Positions 1 through 12,500 of a stretch of DNA of 64,000 bases are shown here, piece by piece; within the stretch, counting starts at the first letter, position 1, and each line of letters begins with the position of its first letter. The DNA lies in the NCBI GenBank assembly GCA_964187785.1, contig OZ076421.1:49042001-49106000 (forward strand). The letters are read 5' to 3'. Position numbers and translations under genes: made by a program. The DNA comes from Amphiscolops sp. MND2022. Taxonomy: Eukaryota. The notes beneath the pieces are model-generated. The model ran no database searches and was not told the origin of the DNA. It saw only the letters and a list, made by a program, of their open reading frames with translations.

Positions 1-17
1 TAGTTGTTTTGTTTCAG

Positions 18-3000
18 GCGAACTTCTCGAAACTTATCAAAAACTGACCGCCGATGGTGCTATTAAACTATGTAAGTATTTCGTTTGTTTCGCCTCCTAC
101 AGTGCCTCACGAAATTGTAACAATAGAAACCTTCTTCTCAAAGTTTAGTTTGTGCGCTGTTGAAAAGCTTGATATTTTTTCTGAGCGAAATGTTTTTCGA
201 AAGCACACGATATGTGAAAAATTTTTGAAAGCTCGCTTGCAAAAAAGTGTTCACATTGAAGCATGAAAAATTATTCTCAAATGATTTTCTATTGTTACAA
301 TTTTGTGTGCGTGTTTTTTCGAACTGAAAAATAATCGTGAAATCAAATTTTAACATCCTCAACCTTGCTAACCTCAATAGTTCTAATTGTCAAAGGTTTA
401 TTTATGAAAATTACATAGAAATTTATGGGGTTCCAAATTTTATTGTTGCAATTTCGTGAGGCACTATCAAAATACAGTTGAATCCGCCTAATTTGTATCG
501 CTAGGGACCAAATAAATTAGTATGAATAATGAAGAATACGGAGGATATTTTTTGATCGTCTCGAAATTGCGGTTTCAGATACATACGAATTAAACCAAGA
601 TCCGAATTAACACGGCTTTAAAACTTTGTTCACAGAAAAGAGCAATGAATTCAAGGAGCGCGATTGAATGAAGTGTGATTAATTTCAGTTAGCGATTTCA
701 TAAATGAACGGGGATCTCCCAGCATTTCGGACGAAGTGTCCGCTGACAAACTCCCTAACGCTTGTGTGGACATGGACAATGAAGTAACTGTCTCGCCTTC
801 TAAAGGGTTGGTTCCATTGTTGATTCTCTCAAAACTCTGTTCACTGACTAATAATTTGATAAATTAATCTTTTAATGCATAATTATTATTCACCAAACAT
901 TTGAGTGCACTGCCTAATTTTGAATGAAACAAGATGCACAGTGGGACTGCAGTATTTTTGGTATATTGTTACAGGAAAAAGTCTCAGAAGACTTTTAAGG
1001 GTTTAAGAAAGACTTTCATAACTGAAATTTTCACAAACCCCGAATTTGTGAGTTTCTCCGAAAAAATTTTGGTCCAAAAAAGTCGCACAGGGCCAAAAAC
1101 GTGACTTTTTTACGGTCAAAAATGCGTTTAAAACAAAAATCGTCAAAGAAGGCAGCGAACTTTTAGTTTTCCTTTTTTCCTTGACAAACTGCTTCCAAAA
1201 AGCCAAAAATTGCGAAAGAAAGTGCAGTGCTGAAAAACAAACGATTTTTCGTTTCGTAAATAAATTACTCGTGAAATTTTATGGCAAGAAAATGTGTAAT
1301 TCGCGAAATGAACTTTTTCAAATTTGTTTTGAAGTTCATTATGATTGCAGAAACATAACTGATCCCCGAATGGCCGGGCCAGTCTCTAATACAAAAATAA
1401 TTGGTTGCATGACATTTCGTCAACCTTCGACAACCAGCAATTTCAACTTTCGACTATTTTAACTGCTCACAATTTCAACATATTGCATTTCAACTTTCCG
1501 CAATTTCGACCTAAACTAATTTTGGCTATTTAGTCCTCATTTCGTTGAGTTATTATTTCATTACAGTAATTAGAAATTAGTCAAACAGCCATAATTAATG
1601 GTAATTATTCACGAAGAAAACATATCAAAACTGGCGTAAAAATTAGAAATGTATGAAAATGAGAACCACCAATTTATATATTTCATCCATTATCCAAAAT
1701 GAGTTGACGTCGAAAAAACAATAGGTTGAAACTGTATAGGATCAAATGCCCTAACACCAAAAAATTATGAGGGATAACCAAATTTTGCAGGACAAGTACA
1801 GACAGATCCAGTGCATTCATGAGCATGCAGCCAGTGCTGAATGAAGAGGAGGCATTGAAAGCGGCAATTAAAGCGTCTCTGCAGCACTCAGACAAAAACC
1901 ATGATATGACGTCATCTTTCTCAAGCAGTAGTTCGAAGACAGCGGGTCTCCACGAACAGTTGAATTCTTCCGATAGCAACAGTCATCATAATCGTTAGTA
2001 GTACTAGCAATTAACTCTGATATTGATTCGACCACTGAACAAAAAACAGTTTGAAAACCAAAACCAGAGTTATCAATCAAACCCTACAGCATTTAGGTCG
2101 AAGCTAGTTTAATTTCACACACAAAAAAGTCGTTTAATTACGACATTCTCCCTTCGATTCTGTTTACGAAGGTAGTTGTTTCAAACCGACTACAAAACCA
2201 GACTTTTTTGATTGGATGCGAAATACGGATCGCATCAGTTCGATGCCGTAATTTGTCGTGTCTAATGAAATTTAAGCGCGAACATGTCAATAGCCAAGAC
2301 AAAGTCCAACTTCTCCATTATATTATGATGATTTTGGGAACCTAAAAACGGAACGTACAAAAATTTCCAACTCTCAAAGTTTCAAATATTTGTCGACAAA
2401 AGTTTCACAAAATCTTTGAACGATGCTGTCAATCATTCAAGTTGGCAACTTTACTTCGACGCGAAAGAATTTTCACGCATTAAAAGTGAGAGCGAAACGA
2501 CTTGTCAAGACGTCTAGACTTCTTATGATGCCTTTGTTGAAGATGCGATTACGTAATTAAATAGGATTTTTCAGGAGTATGCTTTCGAGGGGTAGCAGTT
2601 GATACCCCCGTCCAATCTCCCTCTCCAACGATTATCCTGGTTTATTCTGTTCGACTACACGTATCGTGAGTTGAGCAATTGATACCCCCGTCCAATCTCC
2701 CTCTCCAACGATTCTGTTCGACTACACGTATCGTGAGTCGTTTTGGAATTTAATTTGTTGGAAATACCTGTCAGCTTTCAATAGTGATGAAATACCCTTG
2801 TGGTAAGTGCAAGAAAGAATGTCGCAAAAACTGTGTGCAGTGCGACACCTGCAATGTATGGTTTCACCAGCAATGCACGTCTATCCCGGCTAGTGTAATG
2901 GCCCATCTGGGAGAAGTCAAAGGCCTTTTCTGGAAATGCGATGAATGCCTCGAAGCCAATCCGATTGACTGCCTAAAGACTTCAATCGATAAAGAGCTTC

Positions 3001-6000
3001 AAGCACTGAAAAGTTCATTTGAAGAAATGAAACACTCCATATCTGTGGCAAGTCAAGCCCCAAAACTGGAACCGAAATCCTTCGCTGACGCAGTCTCCCA
3101 TAGTTTGAAAAAATTGCCAACAGTTAAAAAGATCAAAAGCAAAGATGAATATGGAAAAGAAATCCGAATATCGGGAATACCTGAACTTATGAAACCTAAA
3201 AGCAGTGACATTGACCTCAAGCAAAATGAAAGGCCAAGCAAGTCTGATATATTTGCACACGACGAAAAATATACCCAAGAAACGCTTGGGCACATCGGAC
3301 TAACAAGCGGAGATGAAATAGCCTCGACCAATAGGCTAGGAAAATATGATCCAAAATCGAAACATCCTCGAAGCATCCTCGTGAAGCTCAAAAATGAGTA
3401 TATTGCTGAAAAAGCTTCAGCGCATGCAGCATCCCTAAAATCTTTCGAAGGAAAATATGAAGGCAACAAGTTCACAGTATACATATCCAGGTCACTCACT
3501 CCTCAGGAGCGAGACACGGAAAACGCAATTCTTAAGAAACGTCGCGAACTGATATCGAGTGGCTGTGATCCCAGTCATCTTCGAATAAAGAACCTGGAAT
3601 TATATCAGGATGGCAAAAAAGTTGACATGCCAATTTCGGTATGACTCGAAACTAAAAAACCTCTATACCTGTTTTATTTCAACATCAGAAGTCTGATTAA
3701 CATTGACAGGCGAATGGAGTTTGCAAATTTTCTGGCTATCAAAAGGCATGACATTGTTTGTGTAAGCGAAACTTGGCTAATTGATTCAATAAAAAATGAA
3801 GAGTTATTCATTGATGAATACAACATTTTTCGATCCAACAGAGATCCCAACACACAAGGAACAGCAACACATGGTGGAACGATGATATGCGTGAAATCCA
3901 AAGACCAGTCGAAGGAGATCAAAATTGAAACTCTTCCGCTCGGATGCTGCTGTGCATGTGAATGCACTGTAGGTCTCAAATCCATCTTGATTATTTGCGT
4001 TTACCTTCCACCTGATGACAGTGATTATGTATTATCCAATTCAGAATTCCAGCATCTGTTATTCATCATAGAAAATCTCAAGAAAAAGTATGATTCGACT
4101 ATCATCTGTGGTGACTTCAATTCTTCTATTAAGGGTCATCTAACAAAGATATTGAAACTAAGCTTATCGATACAGCGGACAAATTGAATTTATCCCAAAT
4201 AATAGATTTCAAAACTGCCGCATCCGGAATTCTGGATCTCATATTTTTATCCGATGAGATTGACCTCATAAATGTAGGAATAGTGGATGAAACAGTGAAC
4301 AAAATGTCAAACCACTATCCCGTGACTGCCAAAATTGATTTTCTCAATTCATCCCAAGGACGGCCTACGTCTCGAACTAAAAAACACCTCAGCTATTGTA
4401 AAGGAGACTATCAACTTCTCAACAATTTGATTGCCCAAAAACCTCTTTCCAAGGTTAATGCTGGTCGAATCAACACAATGGCTTCAATGGCTTGAGGAGC
4501 TTATCCAGATTTCTGTCCCGAAAAGGACAGCTCACAGATCTCAGTTAGCTCCGTGGATCACTTCAAGTACTTCACACATGCTGAAAAAGATGAACACTGA
4601 GAGGAAGAAATGCGATTTTCATCAAAAGTCAAGTTCGAAACTAAAAACGCTTGAGCAAACATGTGCTACTTTGGTGGAGAATGATAAAGCAAACTATCAA
4701 AATATACTTGCATCAACCCGAAAAACGGAACTACTGTTCAAATTCTACCGTAACTTCTCCAAATCGCATCTTCCCTCTACAATTCATCTTGAACAACAGT
4801 CTGCCACTACAGATGATTCTAAGGCAAATTTATTTGCCAAATTTTTCCAATCCGTATACATACAATCAACCACTTTTGACGAGTCTACAGCCCCAGATTT
4901 CTCGGTGTTACCAGTTATTAATAACTTGGATTTCTCTACTGACCGTATTGTTAGCATTTGCCTTAACCTAGACGAAAAGAAATCGCGAGGACCTGATAAC
5001 CTGCCGCCAATTGTCTTCAAGAAAACAGCGGCAGGCATTTCACATTCCCTGAATCAGCTGTTCTCCAAAATACTTCAAACTGCTCAATACCCTTGCCATT
5101 GGAAAACAGCGTATATTAGCCCCATATTCAAGAAAGGTAATAAAGAAGATGTATCCAATTACCGTCCAGTGTCACTTCTACATGTAGTGTCGAAAATTTT
5201 CGACAAATGTGTTTTTATGGACCTGTATGAGCACTATAGATCTTGGTTCCATAACTCACAATATGGATTCCGAAAACAAAGATCCATGACAGTGCAACTG
5301 CTGAAATCCTTGGACATCGTATACCAATCGCTAGATGAAAACAAAGAAGTAACAGTCGTCTACACAGATTTTGAGAAGGCCTTCGACAGGGTCGACCATG
5401 CAATACTATTGAAAAAGCTTTACTGCACTGGGATAAGAGGAAAACTCTTCAAATTAATGAAGTCGTATATCCTTGGTCGACAACAACAAGTCAGGGTAAA
5501 TGACAGCCTATCTAAACCCATCAAAGCATCTAGTGGCGTGCCCCAAGGAGCGATCTTGGCGTCTATATTATTTTTGATATACATCAATGATTTGCCAGAT
5601 GAATGCAGATTGAGCATCCCTCTATTGGCAGCCGACGATTCCAAATTCATAGGAATAGAATTGAACAGCAACGATTTTCAAGCAGATATGAACAATATAT
5701 ACAATTGGAGTGAGGTAAACTGTCAGCCTTTTAATGTCAAGAAATGTGCAGCAATAACATTTGGGAGAAGCACGTACAATCATAATCTCATGTTTAATGG
5801 TGATACAATTCCAACAGCAAACCAACAAAAGGACCTTGGAATACTTATCACGGAGAATTTAAATTGGAATGGGCACATAACTACCGCAATTGGAAAGGCT
5901 CGGAAAGTATACCAAATGGTTCGACGAAACTCGCCAATGCTCACCACCATAGCGAAGCTGAATTTATACAAAAGTATGATGTTGCCTATTCTACTCTATG

Positions 6001-6558
6001 GGTCCCATTGTTTGGCTGCCAATGTCACCCAAGCACGAAAACTTGAGCATTTCCAGACATCAGTTGTAAAATGGATTCTTCCTGGAGAAAACTACCGCTC
6101 AGCACTCATAATGCTCAATATTTTACCACTTCATCAATATATGCAAATTACAGACATTCTCCTATTACACAAAATCGTTATTGGGTATTACGACTGTGAC
6201 TTATCAGAGCACTACGCAATCAATCCCAACCTGTCAATGGCACGGAATACCAGTAATATTTTCAGGTTACATATACCAAGACTCGAGCAATGCCGGCAAA
6301 ATTTTCGGTTTCGAACAGATCGTCTTGTCAATCTTATGCCACCCGAAATACAGTTCCTGAAGACAGACGGCCTGAAGCAAAGATTGTTGAAATACAGCTG
6401 GAATTACTTTCAACAGTACTTCAACTCTGAATCGCCATGTACTTGGAAACTCTTCTGTGACTGTACACTGAATAACTGTAGAAATAAGTTAACTTATATC
6501 TCATTTTAACTTTTATACCTAGGGACAAATACTCATCCCTTGCATTGATGCTAAATCC

Positions 6559-6595
<37 letters not shown>

Positions 6596-9500
6596 TCAGG
6601 GCCAAGTTGCATTAAAATTGCTAATAATCAAGACAAGTTGCATCTTTCCGGAAAAATTATTAACCAAGTTGCAGAATTAATAAAAAGTTAATAATAATAA
6701 CAAAAAAAATAATCCAGTGCAACTTGTCCAACATTTCGCAAGTTGGCCTAATTTTTATCTCTCATTGAGCTTCATGGAAAAAATTGGCTTCCGTCCTTAA
6801 GAGCAGTTTCGGACTAAATACAAAACTAATTAAATACAATAACTGAGTGGATACATTAACTAAGTACAAAACCTGATTCAAAAATTAATTTGCAAACTTT
6901 GATTTACAAATTTACAAAAAATTATGACTAAAAACTAACTACTTCACAAAACTTTACAAACTAAACTAAGTTACCGTATTCCTCCGAATAGAAGTCACCC
7001 CCGAATAAAAACCACCCCCGAATAAGAACCGCCCCAATTAGAAAAGCCGCCCCGCACTTAGCCCAAAAGTTTTATCTTATAGGCCGCCCCTGATTAGAAA
7101 GCGACGCATGTATTTGAGTTATTCAAAAGTTTATAACCAACATGGAAAAATTTATAGGCATTTCTCATGTTACGTATTCACCAATCAAAGGTAATATAAC
7201 AGAAGCATCATCACTAGTTTCAGAAATCTCAAGAACTTGCATGGTAAATTCTTGAGCATCGCCTCGGCCTGCATTCGAAGGAATACGGTATAAAACTAAA
7301 TGAAGTTTTCTAACTAAAAACTAACTTTTTTACAGAACTAACTTGTTTACCTAAACTAATTAATATACAAAGTAATTTACAAACTAATTTGAAATCTAAT
7401 TTCCTAATTTGAAATCTAAACAAATCTAATCTACAATCTATTTTGCAACGAAGAACCAGGGCTGCAAAAAAAACGTGTTTTAAATACAAAAAATGTACTT
7501 TTTCAAAAACAAATTTATGTAACAAAAAAGTATTTTTCAGAAACATACTTTTTAAATTTAAAAAGCAACTGCCTAACTTTGACTGAAACACCCCACGTTT
7601 TTTTCTAACAGCCCTGCAAAAACTGTACAAAATTTTCTATTTACATTACTAACTAATTGATTTCCTAAATTCTAAAATTTTAAAATTATGTTTTAGGAAA
7701 TTTCCAATTGTTTGAAGACGTCGAAATTATGAAAGTATGCGAAAGAAACTTTAGTCTCATTAGTGAAAAGTATAGGGAAAATGCCATAGAAAAACCTTCA
7801 AAATTGGGGAAATATCTATGAGCGAAGAACAAATTAAGATAGTGTTAAATAATTCGACCGTTTTCAATGTTGTAACGACTTTTCGAAATGAAATTCAAGT
7901 TTTAAATAGAAAATTTTTTTAAAAAGTCTCAAAAGCGTTTGTAGTATGGGGAAATAATGTTTTTGACTAGTCTACGGTTGGGTGAAGGGGAGAGGGAGGA
8001 GGAGGCAGCGCGCGAGGAGACAGGGGACGAGGAGACAGGGGACGAGGAGACAGGGGGCGAGGAGACAGTGGTCGAGACTTCGGACGGCGAGCCAGCGGAC
8101 AGGGAGACATTTTGGAAGGATGAAGAGGAGCAGCAGTGGGACGAGGAAGAAGAGGAGGAGATGAAGGAGCAGGAGATGGGAGAACAGGATACTGGGACGA
8201 AGGCAGCAGGGGTAGAGTTTCTTTGTACAGTCGAACAGTGAGGGCAGGAGGAAGAAGACGAGGAAGAGGATATTGAGGAGCAGGAGAGGGAAGAACAGGA
8301 GACAGAGTTGAAGACTGGGGGAGAGTTACCAGGGACAGAGGAGCAGCAGTGTGAGCGGGAGGAAGAGGAGGAGGAGGAGGACGATGACGACGATGAGGAG
8401 ATGCGGGCGCAGGAAACGGAAGAGCAATTCATGTTTTCATTCGATTGTCTTCGATCACGTACCAAATAACATAAGAGCAAATACTTGAAACAAAAAAATT
8501 AAAATAGTTTCATGCAACATGAAAGCAATCGAACTCACGAAATTTTTTGTATTTAGAGAAACTAATTTAATTTTCATGTAACTTGAAACTAAATTAGTTT
8601 TTATGTCATTTGCTCTTATTTCATTTGGGAATTTACCTAATTATCTGATATGCTTTTCTGAATTGGGAGATATTTACAAGAAAGGCGTGAGGGGGAGGGA
8701 AAATTTACAGAAGGGAGAAGAGGTTGAAGAAAAGTTGAAACTGTACAGAAGGGAGAAGAGGTTGAGGAAATATGAAGGTGAATATATACAGAATTTAGAC
8801 GGGACGGAAATTGGCGATCAAAGTTAGACGGGACGGAAATTGGCAATCAAACGGCAAAATGAAATTTCACCGATTCAAACTTTGCTAGATGATACTCGCT
8901 TGTGATTGGCTGAAATTCGAAAATGCGCTTTAGGAGCCATATCTCTCTTCGAATTTTAGAAGAGTTTCATTCTAGAGCAGTGTTATTTATTGAATCTATT
9001 TCTTATTCAGATAGACTTTTCATTTCATTTTAATTGAAGTGGTGAATTCCCAAATAACATAAGAGCAAATAACAAAAACATAAACTTGAAATGAGTTTCG
9101 CTGAACATAAAAATGAAATTAGTTTTTGTTGTCAAAAGAATTCGCAATTCAAAAAATTCACTGAAAAAAGTGTGGAAATTACAGATATTATATTCTGAAT
9201 TCGATTGTTTAACCGGATTTTCGGATTTATTTTTGCTATTTGAAACTTATTTCTTTCTTGTGTTTTCGTTTTTATGTTATTTGCCCTTACGTTATTTGAT
9301 ACGTAATCAATTAAGTCCCGCATTATAGGAGCAGACGATTTCTGCTAAATGAACGGACACATTTTAAAACTAAACTAACACGAAAAGTCATAATATTAGT
9401 CATTATGGAATACATAAGTTTGCATATGACATTAAATTGCATATTTTGAGGAAAAACCCGCATATTTCTGACAGCCATGATTTAGACCTTCTAATTTTCT

Positions 9501-12500
9501 GTCAAATTAAATTTCCCGCCCCCCTTTACGAAAGAATAATTTCTAAACCTTTCTTTTTATAAAAATTCTTTCAATAACAAGAGAAAACTTTGAAATGTTG
9601 ACTGCATATGCATTGACTGCATTTGACAAGCGGAGCTAGTCTAACAAGCAGACCAACCATATGTACATGTATGTGAATCGTCATTGCGATCGAAAGACCG
9701 CGGCGTGGGTAATTACATGTAATTAGCACAGCTAATAACTATACGTGTGATTCATTCCAATTTTGATACACTGTGCATACACTGTACACTGTACTACAGT
9801 GACTGTAGTTTATAGATGTATGTTACATAGTTTGCAGCTTGTTGCATTTGTCTTCTATTATTCAATACGTGCACGATAGAATGCTTCTATCTTATAATTT
9901 TTACCCTACACATTTATTTTGTTCGCAATTGCTGAATTTCCCTCGAGAATAACCAAGCTGGCTCATCGCGCAGATGCAAGGGTGAATACTTTACTTGCTT
10001 TTATTTGAAGAAATTTGGAAACCCCATTCTCACCTGATTCACTGCAAGATACCAATCTTTTCGAGTTGCAGTTCTTTTATAGCTGACTGGGTGAAAATTA
10101 CAGGTTAGATTTTTTTTTTCAACTTTTATTCATGATTATTTGAAATTAAACGATAAAATGTTGCTGACATACATATAACTTACTACATACAACATAAGGT
10201 GGATTCCCAAATAGCATAAGAGCAAATACAGACAAATATTCGACGTTTCGGTTGTTTCCCAGGATATTTGATTTTCTTTTCATATTATACTTTCTGATTT
10301 CGTTTTTAAGTTGTTTGCTCTTATGATTTTTGGTTTTTGTTACGCAATCATAACATAATAAATCATACATAAAACATAACAAATATAAGAATAATATATT
10401 TATTATATGTTATAAATTTATATGTATACATACCACATATAACATAGTAAAATATCAATTAGGATGAAAATCTTATTTTTTGAATTTCGTAGCATTCTGC
10501 CAAGCAGTTTTAATTTTATGATAAATTTTCATTGCTGAATCGTTTGAGAGAGAGCAATCCATTTCTTTCAAAATTGCATTAACCTCTGCAAATGCAATTC
10601 CTGGGTGAGTGTTGTAAAACAATTTGCATGCCTCTTTCTCCTGCTCTGTCCAGGGAATTTTAGCTGTACGAAATTGTTTCATGCTTTTCAGAAAACGTTC
10701 CTTGACGTCTGTCGTCTCGTTACAATTCGTTCTGGCTTTTTTTGCTGCATTAAAAGCGTTTTCGTCCTGTTCAATTTCTTCGCCAATTCTGTTGTCAGAC
10801 TGGTGTCGTCTCCTTTTTTTGTTGAATTTAAATCGAAAGTTGAATTTAGCGACACACGATTCCGCGGGATTGGCCTCGGCGTTCGCTTGGGCGATTCGGG
10901 GGACTCTTGAGGAGAGGCTTCCTCTGTTGCTTCCTCCTCCACCTCCGCCTCCTTCTCGTTTTCTTCGTCGTCTTCTTCCAGTTCATCTATCTCGTCCATT
11001 CGATTAAGTTCTTCGCGATACATTTGTAGGACGGCCCTTCTGTCGGCTCCACTAACTCCTGGGAAAAATCACATTTTCTTAAAAACTGTATTGTTTTGTG
11101 TTTGGATAAATTTTGTTTTAGATGTTTTATTATCGAATGTTTTCGGATAGGACGTAAATTCCGCGAAACACATAAACCAAGAAACGTAATGACCCAGACT
11201 TACTTCGATAATGTTTTGAAGCGGTCGCTTCCGAGTGAGCAGTTTGGGCGAAATGGGCTTCGCGCTGGTTGGGCTCAAGCTGCATTTCTGACACTCGTTT
11301 TTCCCAGAACTTTCTGACTGAGTTGGCGTTGAATCGCACTTCGTCTCCTTTTTCATTGAATATTTCCGCGAAACAATCGGTTATCAAATTGGCGATTCTT
11401 GTTTCTGGTGTCATGCGGCTGTTGGAGAAGACAAATTTTGGAGTGCTGCCATATTCTCGCTCCATCCTGGATCTTAACTCCAACATGAACAGTATCTGAT
11501 CTGATTCAACGGTTATTGCCACATCGTAATACTTGCCTGAAAAGAACAAAAATTGCAAACAAATCCTGGTTCAACTTTCGTTCAGAAGATTTTTTCATTT
11601 TACTCGTATTGTGTTTAAAATCCAAGAAACAACTCACCTGTTTTATGTTCGTTTGTCTCGTACGTGTAGCCCAGCCTCAAATGTGAATCGAAAACCTCCC
11701 ATGTTAGGTTCAGTAAAGGCCCAGATCGCACGTTCAACCTGACTTGCAGCAGGAAAAAATTCAGTGCTTTGACGTGGTTCAAGGGCAAAGTTTTCTCTTC
11801 GATATCTTTCGTCAGGATATCAATGACCTGCTGCTGTCTTCTGATAACTTGACTGAGGCTGGGGACACGGTCGAATCTTTCTTTAGCTCGTTCGTTTCTT
11901 GCCTTCGACATTGCATCTGCGTACCTCCGACGGGTGTCTCTCAAAGCTTTCTGCATTGTGGATAAACTGAAGTGTTTATCCATACGCCTCGATTCATAGG
12001 CGTCGCAGAATTCGATGAAGCTTTTGAAATGATTCAGATAAACACCCACAGTGGTTGGCTCCCAATTCTTGCGCAGCTCAAGTCTAAACAAAATGGTAGT
12101 TAGTTGAATGCTAGTTTTAATGATTAAAACAAAACTGGTTTTAAAATCCTGAGACGTGTTTTTTGTCGAAAGTTGAAATTTACCTTTCGAAAGCGGGTGT
12201 CAGATTTTTCGGCTCAGTCAAGCCCAGCGTATCCCCATAAACAATTGCAAGTACGTTTTTCAAGGCTTCCTTTCCTTTGACACTGTCACTTCCTTCAAGT
12301 GTTTCACCCCGCTTGCGGAATTCGTGATTCACGAAAGATGTAACCAAGGAAAAATGTTCGTCTCTTGGCAGGGAACTGTTTCTCAGTTTCATTCTGAGCT
12401 CAATGGGAAGTGACCTGTAAAAATCATCTAACTGTGAATGTCATCAATAAAATAATTTGTAACGAGACAAAGTCACAAATGCAACTTGGTATATTGTCAT

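Larger units (their letters stand above)
2594..6590 (+). mobile_element. Near full-length CR1-group LINE (PHD-type ORF1, APE-RT ORF2, (AAT)n tail); ORF2 broken by two frameshifts
   Basis: ORF1 with PHD finger; ORF2 with APE and RT motifs; short 3' UTR then (AAT)10. The 5' boundary is approximate. Confidence 0.9.

Noticed and set aside
473-620. Tigger-like MITE starting TACAGTTGAATCCGCC
   Set aside because: No matching right TIR found; at most a truncated relic.
2917-6046. Antisense and alternate-frame ORFs within the LINE (likewise within BEL, SET-YR and hAT)
   Set aside because: Shadows of longer coding frames with no motifs of their own.
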